Shown here: piece by piece, positions 15,349-25,261 of the stretch
Layout of the letters: each line of letters starts with the position of its first letter
Numbering within the stretch: the first letter of the stretch is position 1
Assembly: GCA_046536775.1 (NCBI GenBank)
Contig: JAWDMD010000003.1
Coordinates: 1-27,391, forward strand
Length of the DNA stretch: 27,391 bases
Origin: Candidatus Nanopusillus sp.
GTDB lineage: Archaea > Nanobdellota > Nanobdellia > Nanobdellales > Nanobdellaceae
Direction of reading: 5' to 3'
Program-made: the position numbers and the translations under genes
The notes under the pieces: model-generated
Seen by the model: the letters and a program-made list of their open reading frames with translations, nothing else
What the model was told of the DNA's origin: nothing
Database searches by the model: none

Positions 15349-17137
15349 AATAACATTAGATACATCTGTAGTAATTGATGAGTATATATCAAAATCATTA
15401 TTAAACGATAGTATTTCTTTTAATGAAGTAATAATACCTATTCCTGTAATTGATGAGTTACAAGCACAAGCAAATAGAGGTCTTGAAAAAGGATTGATTG
15501 GTTTAAAGGAATTACAAAAGATTAGAGAATTGTCTGAAAAATATAATTATAAAGTAACTGTGTTGGGTGAAAAACCAACATTAGAACAAATAAGGCTGGC
15601 AAAACATGGATATATAGATTATTTAATTATTAAAATTGCAAGAGATACAGGATCTACCTTATTAACATCGGATAGAATATTATATGAAACTGCAAAGGTA
15701 TATAATGTTGATTGTTTATTAATTGAAAAGGAAGGTATTTCAACAGAAAATCCACCTTTTTTGGATTTATTTACAGATGATACAACATCTATTCATATTA
15801 TTGAAAATACAAAGGTAAAAAGAAAAAGGGGAAAACCTGGTGAGTGGTATTTAGAAGAAATAGATAAAATATATGAAAATAAAGATATAGAAGATTTAAT
15901 TGATAAAATAATATATATTGCTAGAAATAGGAGGGATTCTTTTATAGAACAAGAAAGAAAGAACAGTTTGATTATTCAATTGGGAATTTTTAGAATTGTA
16001 ATCGTAAAACCACCATTATCAGATGCTTATGAAATAACAATTGTTAAGCCAGCAAAAATATTAAGAATAGAAGATTATAATTTGAATGAAAAAATAATTG
16101 AAAGATTAAAAGAAAAATCAGAAGGAATTGTAATTGTTGGAAAACCAGGTTCTGGAAAAACAACATTTGCTCAGGCTCTCGCAGAATACTATTTAAGTAT
16201 GAAAAAGATTGTTAAAACGGTAGAATCTCCAAGAGATTTGATATTATCTACAGATATTGTTCAATATTCAAAAAATTATTCTACTGATGAAGAAATACAT
16301 AATATATTGTTATTATCAAGACCAGATTATGTAATATTTGATGAGATGAGGGATACTAGAGACTTTAAATTATATATAGATTTAAGATTGGCTGGTGTTG
16401 GGATGATAGGTGTTGCTCATTCTGAAAGACCAATAGATATTATTCATAGACTATTATCTAGGACAGAACTTGGTTTAATTCCTCAAATAATTGATACAAT
16501 AATATATATAAATAAAGGACAGATAGAGAAAGTATATTATTTAAATTTAACTGTTAAAATTCCACACGGTTTAAAGGAAGAAGATTTAGCAAGGCCTGTT
16601 GTTGAAGTAAAGGATTTTCTAACAGATGAATTAGAATATGAAATATATACTTTTGGAGAAGAGATAATGGTTGTTCCGATTAAAAAATATAGATTAAAAT
16701 CTGGAATTCAGAGATTCTTAGAAGATTTATTAAATATGGAATATAAAAGAAAATATAGTAATGTTTATTTGGAAGTTATGGATGATAGAATAATATTTTA
16801 TATCCCAAGAGAATTTAAAAGAAGGTTTATTAGAAATGAGAAAAGGTATCTAATGAGTATAAGAGATAAATATAATTTAAGAATTGAAATAAAAAATGCT
16901 GAAAAAATAGATGAAAATGTAAATTTTGATTATGAAATATCAAAAGATTATCTTACAATAATGTTTAGCAATTTATTTAAGAAAAAAGAGGTAGAATTAT
17001 ATATAAATGGAAAATTAGTTGGAAAATTTAGGATAAATAAAAAGGGAAAAATTATTTTAGATCTAAATTCTGAAATAGGCCAGGAAATATTGGAAGCCAT
17101 AAATAATAAAAGTAAGATAGAATTTAAATTAATATGA
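15332..17137 (+). CDS. PIN-domain / P-loop ATPase / KH-domain protein (COG1855, PINA-type)
   Basis: N-terminal PIN domain (ITLDTSVVID ... LLTSDRIL). Walker A GKPGSGKTT. Walker B-like YVIFDEMRD. KH-like C-terminus. It overlaps rpoL by 17 nt and ABCE1 by 4 nt. Confidence 0.8.
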   Translation: MMKLNKITLDTSVVIDEYISKSLLNDSISFNEVIIPIPVIDELQAQANRGLEKGLIGLKELQKIRELSEKYNYKVTVLGEKPTLEQIRLAKHGYIDYLIIKIARDTGSTLLTSDRILYETAKVYNVDCLLIEKEGISTENPPFLDLFTDDTTSIHIIENTKVKRKRGKPGEWYLEEIDKIYENKDIEDLIDKIIYIARNRRDSFIEQERKNSLIIQLGIFRIVIVKPPLSDAYEITIVKPAKILRIEDYNLNEKIIERLKEKSEGIVIVGKPGSGKTTFAQALAEYYLSMKKIVKTVESPRDLILSTDIVQYSKNYSTDEEIHNILLLSRPDYVIFDEMRDTRDFKLYIDLRLAGVGMIGVAHSERPIDIIHRLLSRTELGLIPQIIDTIIYINKGQIEKVYYLNLTVKIPHGLKEEDLARPVVEVKDFLTDELEYEIYTFGEEIMVVPIKKYRLKSGIQRFLEDLLNMEYKRKYSNVYLEVMDDRIIFYIPREFKRRFIRNEKRYLMSIRDKYNLRIEIKNAEKIDENVNFDYEISKDYLTIMFSNLFKKKEVELYINGKLVGKFRINKKGKIILDLNSEIGQEILEAINNKSKIEFKLI

Positions 17138-18891
17138 AGAGAATTGCTGTGATTGATAGGGATAGGTGTAAGGCTCCTGAAAAATGTGATTATATATGTA
17201 TGAAAGTATGTCCTGTTCAAAAAAATAATTTAAAGATATTCAATATTTTAGAAGATAAAAAACCATCTATTGATGAATCTTTGTGTATTGGGTGTGGAAT
17301 ATGTGTAAAGAAATGCCCATTTAATGCAATAATAATTATAAATCTAACAAAAGAACCTGAGGAAAAAGCGGTATTTCAATATGGTCCAAATACATTTAGA
17401 TTATATAGATTACCAATAATTAAGGAAGGGAAAGTTATTGGGATAATTGGAAGAAATGGAATGGGAAAAAGTACAGCAATAAATATAATAGCTGGTTTAT
17501 TAAAACCAAATTTTGGAGATTTTAGTAAAAAATACGATGATAAAGATATTATAAGAGAGTTTAGAGGTTCTGAACTTCAATCATATTTTGAAAAATTATA
17601 TAGTAATAAAATAATAATCTCATATAAACCACAAAACATTACTCAAATAAAAAATATGCTAAAGGATAAAACGGTTAGAGAATTTTTATCAAAAATTATA
17701 AGCAATTTAGATGAAATATCAAAAAAGTTTGAAATAGAAAATATATTAGATAGAAAAATTGGAGACCTATCTGGAGGAGAATTTCAGAAAGTATTGTACA
17801 TATACTCTGTATATAAGGAACATAATTTATTATTAATTGATGAGGTTACAAATTACCTAGATATATATGAAAGATTGAGAATATTAAATAACTTAAATGA
17901 GATAAAAGAAAAAGATACAATATTATTAATAGATCATGATTTATTATTTTTAGATTCAATTTCTGATATGATACATGTTGTTTATGGGGTACAAAAAGCC
18001 TATGGTGCTTTTTCATATCCGATTGGATCAAAGGAAGGTATAAATCAATATTTGGATGGATTTATAAAGAGAGAAAATTTAAAGATAAGGGATAAACCAA
18101 TAAAATTGGATGTAAAAAGCTATACAGATGTAAAATTTGGAAAAAAGATTGTTGAATGGGAAAATGTTATAGTAAATTTAGATAATTTTAGACTTGAAGC
18201 AAAAGAGGGATTTATAAGGGAAAATGAAATAATTGGAATAGTTGGAAGAAACGGGATAGGAAAAAGTACTTTTGTGAAGGTTTTAGCTGGAGAAATAAAA
18301 TATGAAGGAAATATATCAAAAAATTTAATAATATCATATAAACCACAATTTTATGATTTTTCTACTTATAATATGACTGTAGATCAATTTTTGAAGAGTT
18401 TTAATGAAAAATATAAAGACGATTATAAAGAATATGTATCAATGTTAAATATTTCTGATCTATTAGATAGAGAGGTTAATACTTTATCTGGAGGAGAACT
18501 ACAAACAATATATACTTTTGGTACATTGATAAAAGACGCGGATTTATACTTAATAGATGAGCCATTTGCAGATTTAGATATAGAACAAAGATTATTATTA
18601 TCTAAATTTATAAGAGATATAACAAAAATCAGAGAAAAAGCCTGTTTAGTTGTAGATCATGATTTAATATTTTTGAATTGGGTTTCTGATAGGATTTTAG
18701 TATTTACAGGAGAACCTGGTAAATATGGAAAAGCTTTGGGTATATATGAAAATAAGGAGGGATTAAATATATTTCTAAAACATTTGGATATAACAATGAG
18801 AACTGATAAAGAAACAAAAAGACCAAGAATTAATAAACAAAATAGTAGATTAGATCTTATACAAAAACAAAAAGGAATATATTACGAATAA
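17134..18891 (+). CDS. abcE1: ABCE1 / RNase L inhibitor-type ribosome recycling ATPase
   Basis: N-terminal Fe-S domain (CKAPEKCDYICMKVCP and CIGCGICVKKCP). Two ABC domains with Walker A motifs GRNGMGKST and GRNGIGKST and signatures LSGGEFQ and LSGGELQ. Confidence 0.92.
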   Translation: MKRIAVIDRDRCKAPEKCDYICMKVCPVQKNNLKIFNILEDKKPSIDESLCIGCGICVKKCPFNAIIIINLTKEPEEKAVFQYGPNTFRLYRLPIIKEGKVIGIIGRNGMGKSTAINIIAGLLKPNFGDFSKKYDDKDIIREFRGSELQSYFEKLYSNKIIISYKPQNITQIKNMLKDKTVREFLSKIISNLDEISKKFEIENILDRKIGDLSGGEFQKVLYIYSVYKEHNLLLIDEVTNYLDIYERLRILNNLNEIKEKDTILLIDHDLLFLDSISDMIHVVYGVQKAYGAFSYPIGSKEGINQYLDGFIKRENLKIRDKPIKLDVKSYTDVKFGKKIVEWENVIVNLDNFRLEAKEGFIRENEIIGIVGRNGIGKSTFVKVLAGEIKYEGNISKNLIISYKPQFYDFSTYNMTVDQFLKSFNEKYKDDYKEYVSMLNISDLLDREVNTLSGGELQTIYTFGTLIKDADLYLIDEPFADLDIEQRLLLSKFIRDITKIREKACLVVDHDLIFLNWVSDRILVFTGEPGKYGKALGIYENKEGLNIFLKHLDITMRTDKETKRPRINKQNSRLDLIQKQKGIYYE

Positions 18892-18892
18892 C

Positions 18893-19048
18893 CTATTCTG
18901 TCTTAACAAATACATATACAGTTCCCTTGCAATATGGACAGGTTCCTTTTATTGCTGTTCTTCCATTTTTCAAAGTAATCTTTTGTGGATTCTGTACTGG
19001 TACCTTTTTCTTACATCTGACGCAGTATGCCATATATTGTTCTGCCAT
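18893..19048 (-). CDS. Small zinc-ribbon protein (51 aa), DUF5679-like; absent from the ORF track
   Basis: Translated by hand: MAEQYMAYCVRCKKKVPVQNPQKITLKNGRTAIKGTCPYCKGTVYVFVKTE. Two CxxC pairs flank a KNGR motif. The locus is locally more GC-rich than its surroundings. Confidence 0.6.
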   Translation of the reverse strand: MAEQYMAYCVRCKKKVPVQNPQKITLKNGRTAIKGTCPYCKGTVYVFVKTE

Positions 19049-19141
19049 TAATAATTTTTACTAAAAAAATTTATATATTTATTGGGTAAATATATTGATT
19101 TTAAAAAAAGAAATTTTATAAAAAATAAAAGAAAAAAGAAT

Positions 19142-20152
19142 TTATTTATTCTCTAAATATTTATCATCTATATTAATAATTAAATATTTATTATCCTTTT
19201 TAATATCTATATTAATATTAATTTCTCTAAAATTTTTTATTATATTATTTGGGTCATAGTCCTTAAATATCCATGAATATATGTTTAAAAATTCACCAAT
19301 TTTCTCTAGCTTATTAATTTCTTTATTAATTTCCTCCAAATACTTTTTTTGGTCTTCTATTATTCTTTTTATTTTTTCTTTTTCTTCATTTAGTCTGGTT
19401 ATTCTTTTATTCTCCCTATTATTTAAATAAATATTTATGAAATATTTATTAATATCCTCGATAATATTTCCATTTTCATCTATTAGAATTTTTAAATTTA
19501 TTATATCATTATAAATGTTATATATTTCTTCTATTTCTTCTTTATTTAATTCTTTTGGGCTTTTGTTTTTGTCAATATTTATTTTTTTTACTATATATTC
19601 AGAATATTTTCCTCCCAATGATAAGTCTATTGCTAAAAATCTTACAACATCTTTTTTATTTGTATTATTTACTTTTTCAAATAATTCATTTATGTTATTT
19701 ATGATATTTACGGAACCTGGTGGTTTTGTATATTTTTCATTTCTAAATATTTTCCTTACTCCAAAGTTTTTATATTGGTTTGCATATAGAATTGTATCAT
19801 TATAATCTGTTATAATTAATAATCCATTTGGAAAGAGCTCTATATATAATTTTTTTTCATTATTTTTTATTATAATAATTTTGTCATTATTATCAATTTC
19901 AATATTTATTTTTGTTTCATTGAAATCTTTCCTCAATTTTAATGTAAAATTATTTATTTCTTCCCTTTCTTTAACATTATATAAAAAAATAATTTTTCCT
20001 GGAATTATATATAAAAATCTATTTTCCAAACCTGGTTTATATAATTCAAAAACAACTCCACCCTCAATATTATATATATTTTTTACTATAGAATTATTTA
20101 TTTTTTCAGCATTTTCATTATACCATCTCTTTAATTCAAAATAATTTATCAT
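19142..20152 (-). CDS. NFACT-N (FbpA/Rqc2-like N-terminal) protein with HhH and coiled-coil; lacks an NFACT-R/DUF814 part
   Basis: The pattern NIYNIEGGVVFELYKPG..RFLYIIPGK..FTLKLRKDFNETKINIEIDNNDKIIIIK..LYIELFPNGLLIITD matches the NFACT-N consensus. It is followed by HhH-like LAIDLSLGGKYSEYIVKK and a coiled coil. The ORF ends at 336 aa. Confidence 0.6.
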   Translation of the reverse strand: MINYFELKRWYNENAEKINNSIVKNIYNIEGGVVFELYKPGLENRFLYIIPGKIIFLYNVKEREEINNFTLKLRKDFNETKINIEIDNNDKIIIIKNNEKKLYIELFPNGLLIITDYNDTILYANQYKNFGVRKIFRNEKYTKPPGSVNIINNINELFEKVNNTNKKDVVRFLAIDLSLGGKYSEYIVKKINIDKNKSPKELNKEEIEEIYNIYNDIINLKILIDENGNIIEDINKYFINIYLNNRENKRITRLNEEKEKIKRIIEDQKKYLEEINKEINKLEKIGEFLNIYSWIFKDYDPNNIIKNFREININIDIKKDNKYLIINIDDKYLENK

Positions 20153-20156
20153 TATA

Positions 20157-21884
20157 TTAAATTTTCTTACCTATTAATATATATTTGGTATACAATCTTT
20201 TATGAGATTTTATCAATAATGTCTTTATATTATGATATTCAAGTAATTCTCTTATTTTTTTAATTTCCTCTTCAATATCCTTTCTTTCTAGGAAATCAGC
20301 ATAATTTATTGATATTAGATATCCATTATTTTTCAATGTTCTATATATATCTTTTACAAATTTGTTTTTATCTATGACGAATTTCAATGTTTCGTATATA
20401 ATTATCAAGTCAATGTTATTATAAAATATTTTTGGAATTTCATCTTTTTTTGCAATATATACAAAAAAGTTGTTCAGGTTTTTTGTTTTTTTCTGTAATT
20501 TTCTTACAATTTTTTTGGATATATCCAAAGCATAAACTTTTACATTATATCTTTCTGCAATATATATAGATATATTACCAAGAAAAGGACCAAAATCTAA
20601 TATTTTATATCCTTCTTTTATATAATACTCAACTATCTTTATGTCTTCTTTATATCTTATTTTTCTAATTAAATATGAAAGAAAATATAGTTTAGAAAAG
20701 TAGAATTTTATAAATTTCGTATTTTTCTTCCATGTTATTTTTAATGTTACTATCAATATAATAATAGATATTAAAAAGGTTAGTATAATTGCATATATAT
20801 TATTTAGAAAATCGTATAATAATAGGTAAGAGAAAATTGTCATTGAAAAAACAGCAAAAAATATTTTTATTAATCTCCATTTGTGTAAATTTTTTCCTTC
20901 TACTTTAATTTTTATATAAGATACTATATATAATATATATATAATAATTGTAAAAGATGAGAAAAAAGATAATAAATAATCAAAATTATTCAAAAATAAC
21001 AATATTAAAATAATAGCTGCAGATAGGAATATATTAAAAATTGGGGAACCTCTATTATTTTTTATTCTAAAGAAATATGGTAATAATTTATTTTCTGATA
21101 TATTTTCCAATATATTGTTTGCAGTATAAAACCATATATATGTAGAATATATACTAACTGGTAAAAATATTAAAGTAATTATACTGCTAATATTTTCTAT
21201 TTTAATATTTAATAGACTTATATATAAGAGTATAGAAAATATTGACAGAAAAATTGTTCCATAAAAGATAGCATTTCCGGTCTTTCTATTATTTGAATAA
21301 TTAGAATAGTATGTAAGTAGGTCTAGACCAGAGAATATTGATGTATTATATGCTATTATAAATAAAAAAGGGTCTATGGAACTGTATTGAATATTTATAT
21401 TTATTGGAAATATAAAAAGAAAAATTAAGATAATAGAAGATATAATAGAAATATATGAAATAATTTCTTGTATTTTACTTTCAATGTCTAAGTTAAGCAG
21501 ATTAAATATTAAGAAAGTAAATATTACTATGTATGGTATTAAAAACAAAAAAGGATTTATAATTTTGAAGTAATCATTTATCAATAACAATTCTGAAGAA
21601 ATAAAAGATATTATTGATAAGTAATAAAAGAACCCAAAAGTTGGTAATAAATATTTAGATAATCTAGATATATAGTAAAAAATACCCATTGGGTTTGGAT
21701 CTCTTGTAATTGAATCTCTAAATAGATAAGATAAAAATATAAAAGAAATAATTACTGGAAATGATAATATGATTAAAATTAATGGGTTTATGAATTCTTT
21801 ATTTATTAATAAGATAAGAAATGGTATTACTGGAGCTAAAGTTGATGATAAATATATAACTATATATTTGTACAGTTTATTCAT
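20157..21884 (-). CDS. Fusion protein: APC-superfamily-like polytopic permease (~380 aa) plus C-terminal class I SAM-dependent methyltransferase (~175 aa)
   Basis: About 12 hydrophobic segments, with the APC-like motif LLPYFFRIKNNRGSPIFNIFLSAAI. The C-terminal domain has methyltransferase motif I KILDFGPFLGNISIY, post-I VYALDIS, motif II DLIIIYETL and motif III LKNNGYLISI. Confidence 0.6.
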   Translation of the reverse strand: MNKLYKYIVIYLSSTLAPVIPFLILLINKEFINPLILIILSFPVIISFIFLSYLFRDSITRDPNPMGIFYYISRLSKYLLPTFGFFYYLSIISFISSELLLINDYFKIINPFLFLIPYIVIFTFLIFNLLNLDIESKIQEIISYISIISSIILIFLFIFPININIQYSSIDPFLFIIAYNTSIFSGLDLLTYYSNYSNNRKTGNAIFYGTIFLSIFSILLYISLLNIKIENISSIITLIFLPVSIYSTYIWFYTANNILENISENKLLPYFFRIKNNRGSPIFNIFLSAAIILILLFLNNFDYLLSFFSSFTIIIYILYIVSYIKIKVEGKNLHKWRLIKIFFAVFSMTIFSYLLLYDFLNNIYAIILTFLISIIILIVTLKITWKKNTKFIKFYFSKLYFLSYLIRKIRYKEDIKIVEYYIKEGYKILDFGPFLGNISIYIAERYNVKVYALDISKKIVRKLQKKTKNLNNFFVYIAKKDEIPKIFYNNIDLIIIYETLKFVIDKNKFVKDIYRTLKNNGYLISINYADFLERKDIEEEIKKIRELLEYHNIKTLLIKSHKRLYTKYILIGKKI

Positions 21885-22057
21885 TAATATAAAGAATCTT
21901 TTAAGAAATAAATGAATATATATTTAAACTTATAAGTGGTAAATAAATCCTATATTTATAAATATTGAATTTTGATATCAGAATATTCAAAAAACTATAA
22001 AAAAGATTATAATAGAAAATTTAGATGATTCAAAAATATAATTAACAAAAATATTTC

Positions 22058-23824
22058 ATGCTAATAATTGCAGAAAAACCATCAGTAGCTAGGAAGATTT
22101 CATCATTTTTATCAAATAATAAGTATAGAATGGTAAGATTTTCAAGAAGTATATATTATTATTATTTTAATCAAGAAAGAAAGAACATATATGTTGTTCC
22201 ATCAATTGGTCATTTATTTACATTATCTGATTTAAATAGAAGATACAGTTATCCCACATTCAAATATAGATGGGTTCCATCATATTATGAGGATAGGATT
22301 ATTGCAAAGAAATATTATATTGAAATGTTTAGTAGATTTAAAAATGAGGATAATATAATAATTGCAACAGATTATGATATAGAAGGGGAATTAATAGGTT
22401 ATAATATTTTAAGATATGCATTAAATAAAGAAAATGCAAATAGAATGATATTTTCTGCAATAACATATAAAGATATTGTTAGGGCTTTTAATAATAGGAA
22501 AGAAAGCTTAAATTTTGGATATATATATGCTGGAGAGACAAGGCACATAATTGATTGGTTATATGGTATAAATTTATCTAGAGCATTAACAAAAGCTCTA
22601 TTTTATTATACTAGAAAATTTGTTTTAAGTATTGGAAGAGTTCAGGGGCCAACATTAATGCTGGTATTTAATAGAGAAAAAGAAATTGAAAACTTTAAAC
22701 CAGAGGAATATTATAAAGTTGAAGCTTTGGTTATAAAGGACGATAAAAAATTGAAATTTTCATATATAAAAGATAAAATAAAGGATAAAGATGAAGCAAA
22801 TAAAATAAAAAATAGTGTAGGAGAATATTTAACTGTTATTAATGTGGATAAAAAAGAGGAAAAAATGAATCCCCCACACCCATATAATTTAACAGATATA
22901 CAGATGGATGCATATAGATATTATAAAATTAGTCCAAAAAGAACTTTGGATATTTTGCAATCTTTATATGAAAAAGGTTATATATCATATCCAAGAACAT
23001 CTTCTCAAAGATTACCGGAAACGATTAATTTTAGGGAAATATTATCAAATTTATCATCAATGAATTTTTATAAAAAATATATAGCTCCCTTATTGGAAAA
23101 ACAAATTTTAAAACCAAACAATGGATATAAAGATGATGTACATCCAGCAATACACCCTACAGGAAATATTCCAGAATATTTAGAATATAAGGAAAAACAA
23201 ATTTATGATTTAGTAGTTAAGAGATTTATTGCAACATTTTATGATCCAGCAATAGTATATAAAATAAATATTATTACAAAAGAAAATTTTGTTTATAATT
23301 ATTATGATATAAAATATAAAGGATGGTTGGATATTTATTGGGAAATATATAAAGATAATTTTATTTCTTTAAAATTTAATACAGGAGAAAAGTTGTTGGT
23401 AGATAAAGTTTATATATTAAAGAGAAAAACAAAACCACCTGCAAGATATAATAAAGCCTCTTTGGTTAAAGAAATGGAAGAATTAAATTTAGGAACAAAA
23501 AGCACGAGAGCAGATATTGTTGAAATATTATTTAAGAGAAAATATGTTGAAGGTAGATCAATAAAAATCACAGAGTTGGGCAAAAAGATTATTGAAATAT
23601 TTGAGAAATATTATAGAGATATTTTAGACATAAACTTTACAAGAAAAATGGAAGAAAATTTGGAAAAACTAGAAAATAAGCCCGATATGGATTTAAAGGA
23701 GAAAATAATTGAAGAAAATATTGAAATAATAAAAGATTTGTCTAAAGTTATAAAGGAAAATGAGAAAAAAATTGGTGAAGAATTGTATAATTTTATTAAA
23801 GATTATTTAAATAAAACAAAATAA
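22058..23824 (+). CDS. topA: Type IA DNA topoisomerase (Topo III / TopA-like), no C-terminal zinc fingers
   Basis: Toprim domain MLIIAEKPSVA and ATDYDIEGELIG. SIGRVQGPTL. Catalytic-Tyr motif GYISYPRTSSQRL. Confidence 0.88.
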   Translation: MLIIAEKPSVARKISSFLSNNKYRMVRFSRSIYYYYFNQERKNIYVVPSIGHLFTLSDLNRRYSYPTFKYRWVPSYYEDRIIAKKYYIEMFSRFKNEDNIIIATDYDIEGELIGYNILRYALNKENANRMIFSAITYKDIVRAFNNRKESLNFGYIYAGETRHIIDWLYGINLSRALTKALFYYTRKFVLSIGRVQGPTLMLVFNREKEIENFKPEEYYKVEALVIKDDKKLKFSYIKDKIKDKDEANKIKNSVGEYLTVINVDKKEEKMNPPHPYNLTDIQMDAYRYYKISPKRTLDILQSLYEKGYISYPRTSSQRLPETINFREILSNLSSMNFYKKYIAPLLEKQILKPNNGYKDDVHPAIHPTGNIPEYLEYKEKQIYDLVVKRFIATFYDPAIVYKINIITKENFVYNYYDIKYKGWLDIYWEIYKDNFISLKFNTGEKLLVDKVYILKRKTKPPARYNKASLVKEMEELNLGTKSTRADIVEILFKRKYVEGRSIKITELGKKIIEIFEKYYRDILDINFTRKMEENLEKLENKPDMDLKEKIIEENIEIIKDLSKVIKENEKKIGEELYNFIKDYLNKTK

Positions 23825-23867
23825 AAATTAATTAAAATTTATAAATAATAACAAAAATTAAAATTAA

Positions 23868-24269
23868 ATGCCACCAAAAGAAAGGAATATACTTCTTGTT
23901 TATATATTGGGTGTTATAACATTGGGAGTATACATTATATATTGGCTTTATGAGACAAAAAAAGAATTGAATGAATTAGGCGCAAATATACCATCATTTA
24001 TACTATACTTCATACCAATAGTAAATATATATTGGTTATATAGATATACAAAAGGATGGACCAAAGTTACTAAGAAAAATGATGCGATATTATACTTTAT
24101 AGTATTCTACTTCCTAGGTATAGTTATGCCATATTTAGTTCAAAAGAGTTTAAATGAAATAGCAAGAAATTACGGTAGACAACAAATGATGAGACAAAGT
24201 ATGCCACCACAACAATATCCTGGATACCAAAATTATCCTGGCGGCCAGGGAGGTCAATTTAGAATGTAA
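23868..24269 (+). CDS. DUF4234-like small membrane protein with a Q/P/G-rich tail
   Basis: Two or three TM segments with LGVYIIYWLYETKKELNELG and NIYWLYRY motifs. The tail is QQMMRQSMPPQQYPGYQNYPGGQGGQ. Confidence 0.6.
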   Translation: MPPKERNILLVYILGVITLGVYIIYWLYETKKELNELGANIPSFILYFIPIVNIYWLYRYTKGWTKVTKKNDAILYFIVFYFLGIVMPYLVQKSLNEIARNYGRQQMMRQSMPPQQYPGYQNYPGGQGGQFRM

Positions 24270-24398
24270 TTTTTATTTTACCAGTTATTTATTTTTAATA
24301 TTTTAAAAATCAAATCATTACAATTAATTTAAGTTGAAATAGGTAAATAGGGAGAATATTGTATGAATATAAAATTTATAGTCAAGGGTATATATTAA

Positions 24399-24648
<250 letters not shown>

Positions 24649-24667
<19 letters not shown>

Positions 24668-25059
24668 TTGTTGATACAACTGTTTTAGTTAGAGCCACAT
24701 TTGAAGATTATGAAGATCATCAAAAAAATCTAGATATATTAACGAGTTATGATATTATATTGCCAGAAGTAGTTATTTATGAATTTCTAGGGATTTTAAT
24801 AGAATATGTGAATGATATTGATACTATTTATAGAGTAATAAATAACTTAGAATTATTTGAAATAGAAAGCATAAAAATTAAAGATATTAAGGAAGCTTTA
24901 AAGATGATAAAGGAAAATAATAAAAAATTAAGTAAAAGTAATTTAAATGATTTTATTTTATTATCAATTGTTAAAAGATTAAACTGTTCATTTATTACTT
25001 ATGATGAAGATTTGAAAAGAATAGCTAAAAAATATAATGTAAAAATTTTTGAACCATAA
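24649..25059 (+). CDS. vapC: PIN-domain VapC toxin (apparently intact)
   Basis: RIVVDTTVLV N-terminal acidic motif, an E in PEVVIYEF, and C-terminal NDFILLSIVKRLNCSFITYDEDL. Confidence 0.8.
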
Positions 25060-25086
25060 TATAGAATTTTTTATAATCTATGAAAC

Positions 25087-25108
25087 AAAATCTATAGATA
25101 TTGTTTTA
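25087..25108 (+). repeat. Left copy of the 22-bp direct repeat AAAATCTATAGATATTGTTTTA, followed by TACGACAAAAT at 25113-25123
   Basis: Exact 22/22 match to 26619-26640. It contains the 10-bp palindrome ATCTATAGAT. Confidence 0.85.
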
Positions 25109-25216
25109 CAAGTACGACAAAATCTATAAGTGTTGTAATATAAATTATACAATTTTTCTAAAATAAGAAACTTAATGGTTTTTATTTGTATAATTTTCCT
25201 TTTTAATTGCCTTGAT

Positions 25217-25261
25217 TTTTGGTATAATTATTATACCATTTTTATAAAATTTTGGTATAAT
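25217..25261 (+). promoter_or_regulatory. Promoter with operator-like sites: 12-mer TTTTGGTATAAT x2 and palindrome GGTATAAT-T-ATTATACC bracketing TATA box TTTATAAAA
   Basis: TTTTGGTATAAT occurs at 25217-25228 and 25250-25261. A perfect 8+1+8 palindrome lies at 25221-25237. TTTATAAAA at 25241-25249 is centred about 26 nt upstream of the ATG at 25271, which is consistent with a leaderless transcript. Confidence 0.4.

Noticed and set aside
58-20144. Thirteen-plus short ORFs from the track that lie antisense to or inside longer genes: 58..285-, 2483..2674+, 3654..3863-, 4957..5310-, 9288..9485-, 10764..11087-, 12188..12424-, 12917..13204-, 13475..13729-, 13707..13949-, 13846..14127-, 16948..17220-, 17846..18031-, 19515..19805+, 19881..20144+.
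   Set aside because: Each is fully shadowed by a longer ORF with recognisable conserved motifs. Their translations are I/L/F/Y/K-rich low-complexity strings of the kind expected from the antisense of AT-rich coding DNA. None shows a recognisable motif.
21960-21995. Imperfect palindrome TTGAATTTTGATATCAGAATATTCAA between the divergent permease-methyltransferase and topoisomerase genes.
   Set aside because: The arms differ in length and sequence in the middle. Only 6+3 bp pair cleanly, which is not distinguishable from chance in AT-rich intergenic DNA.
22058-23824. The topoisomerase as the stand-alone topoisomerase half of a split reverse gyrase, as known from Nanoarchaeum equitans.
   Set aside because: The N-terminal Toprim motif is IIAEKPSVA, which is the Topo III/TopA type. 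I associate the topoisomerase module of reverse gyrase with an (I/V)VESPxKA-type motif instead. Phylogeny would be needed to exclude this completely.
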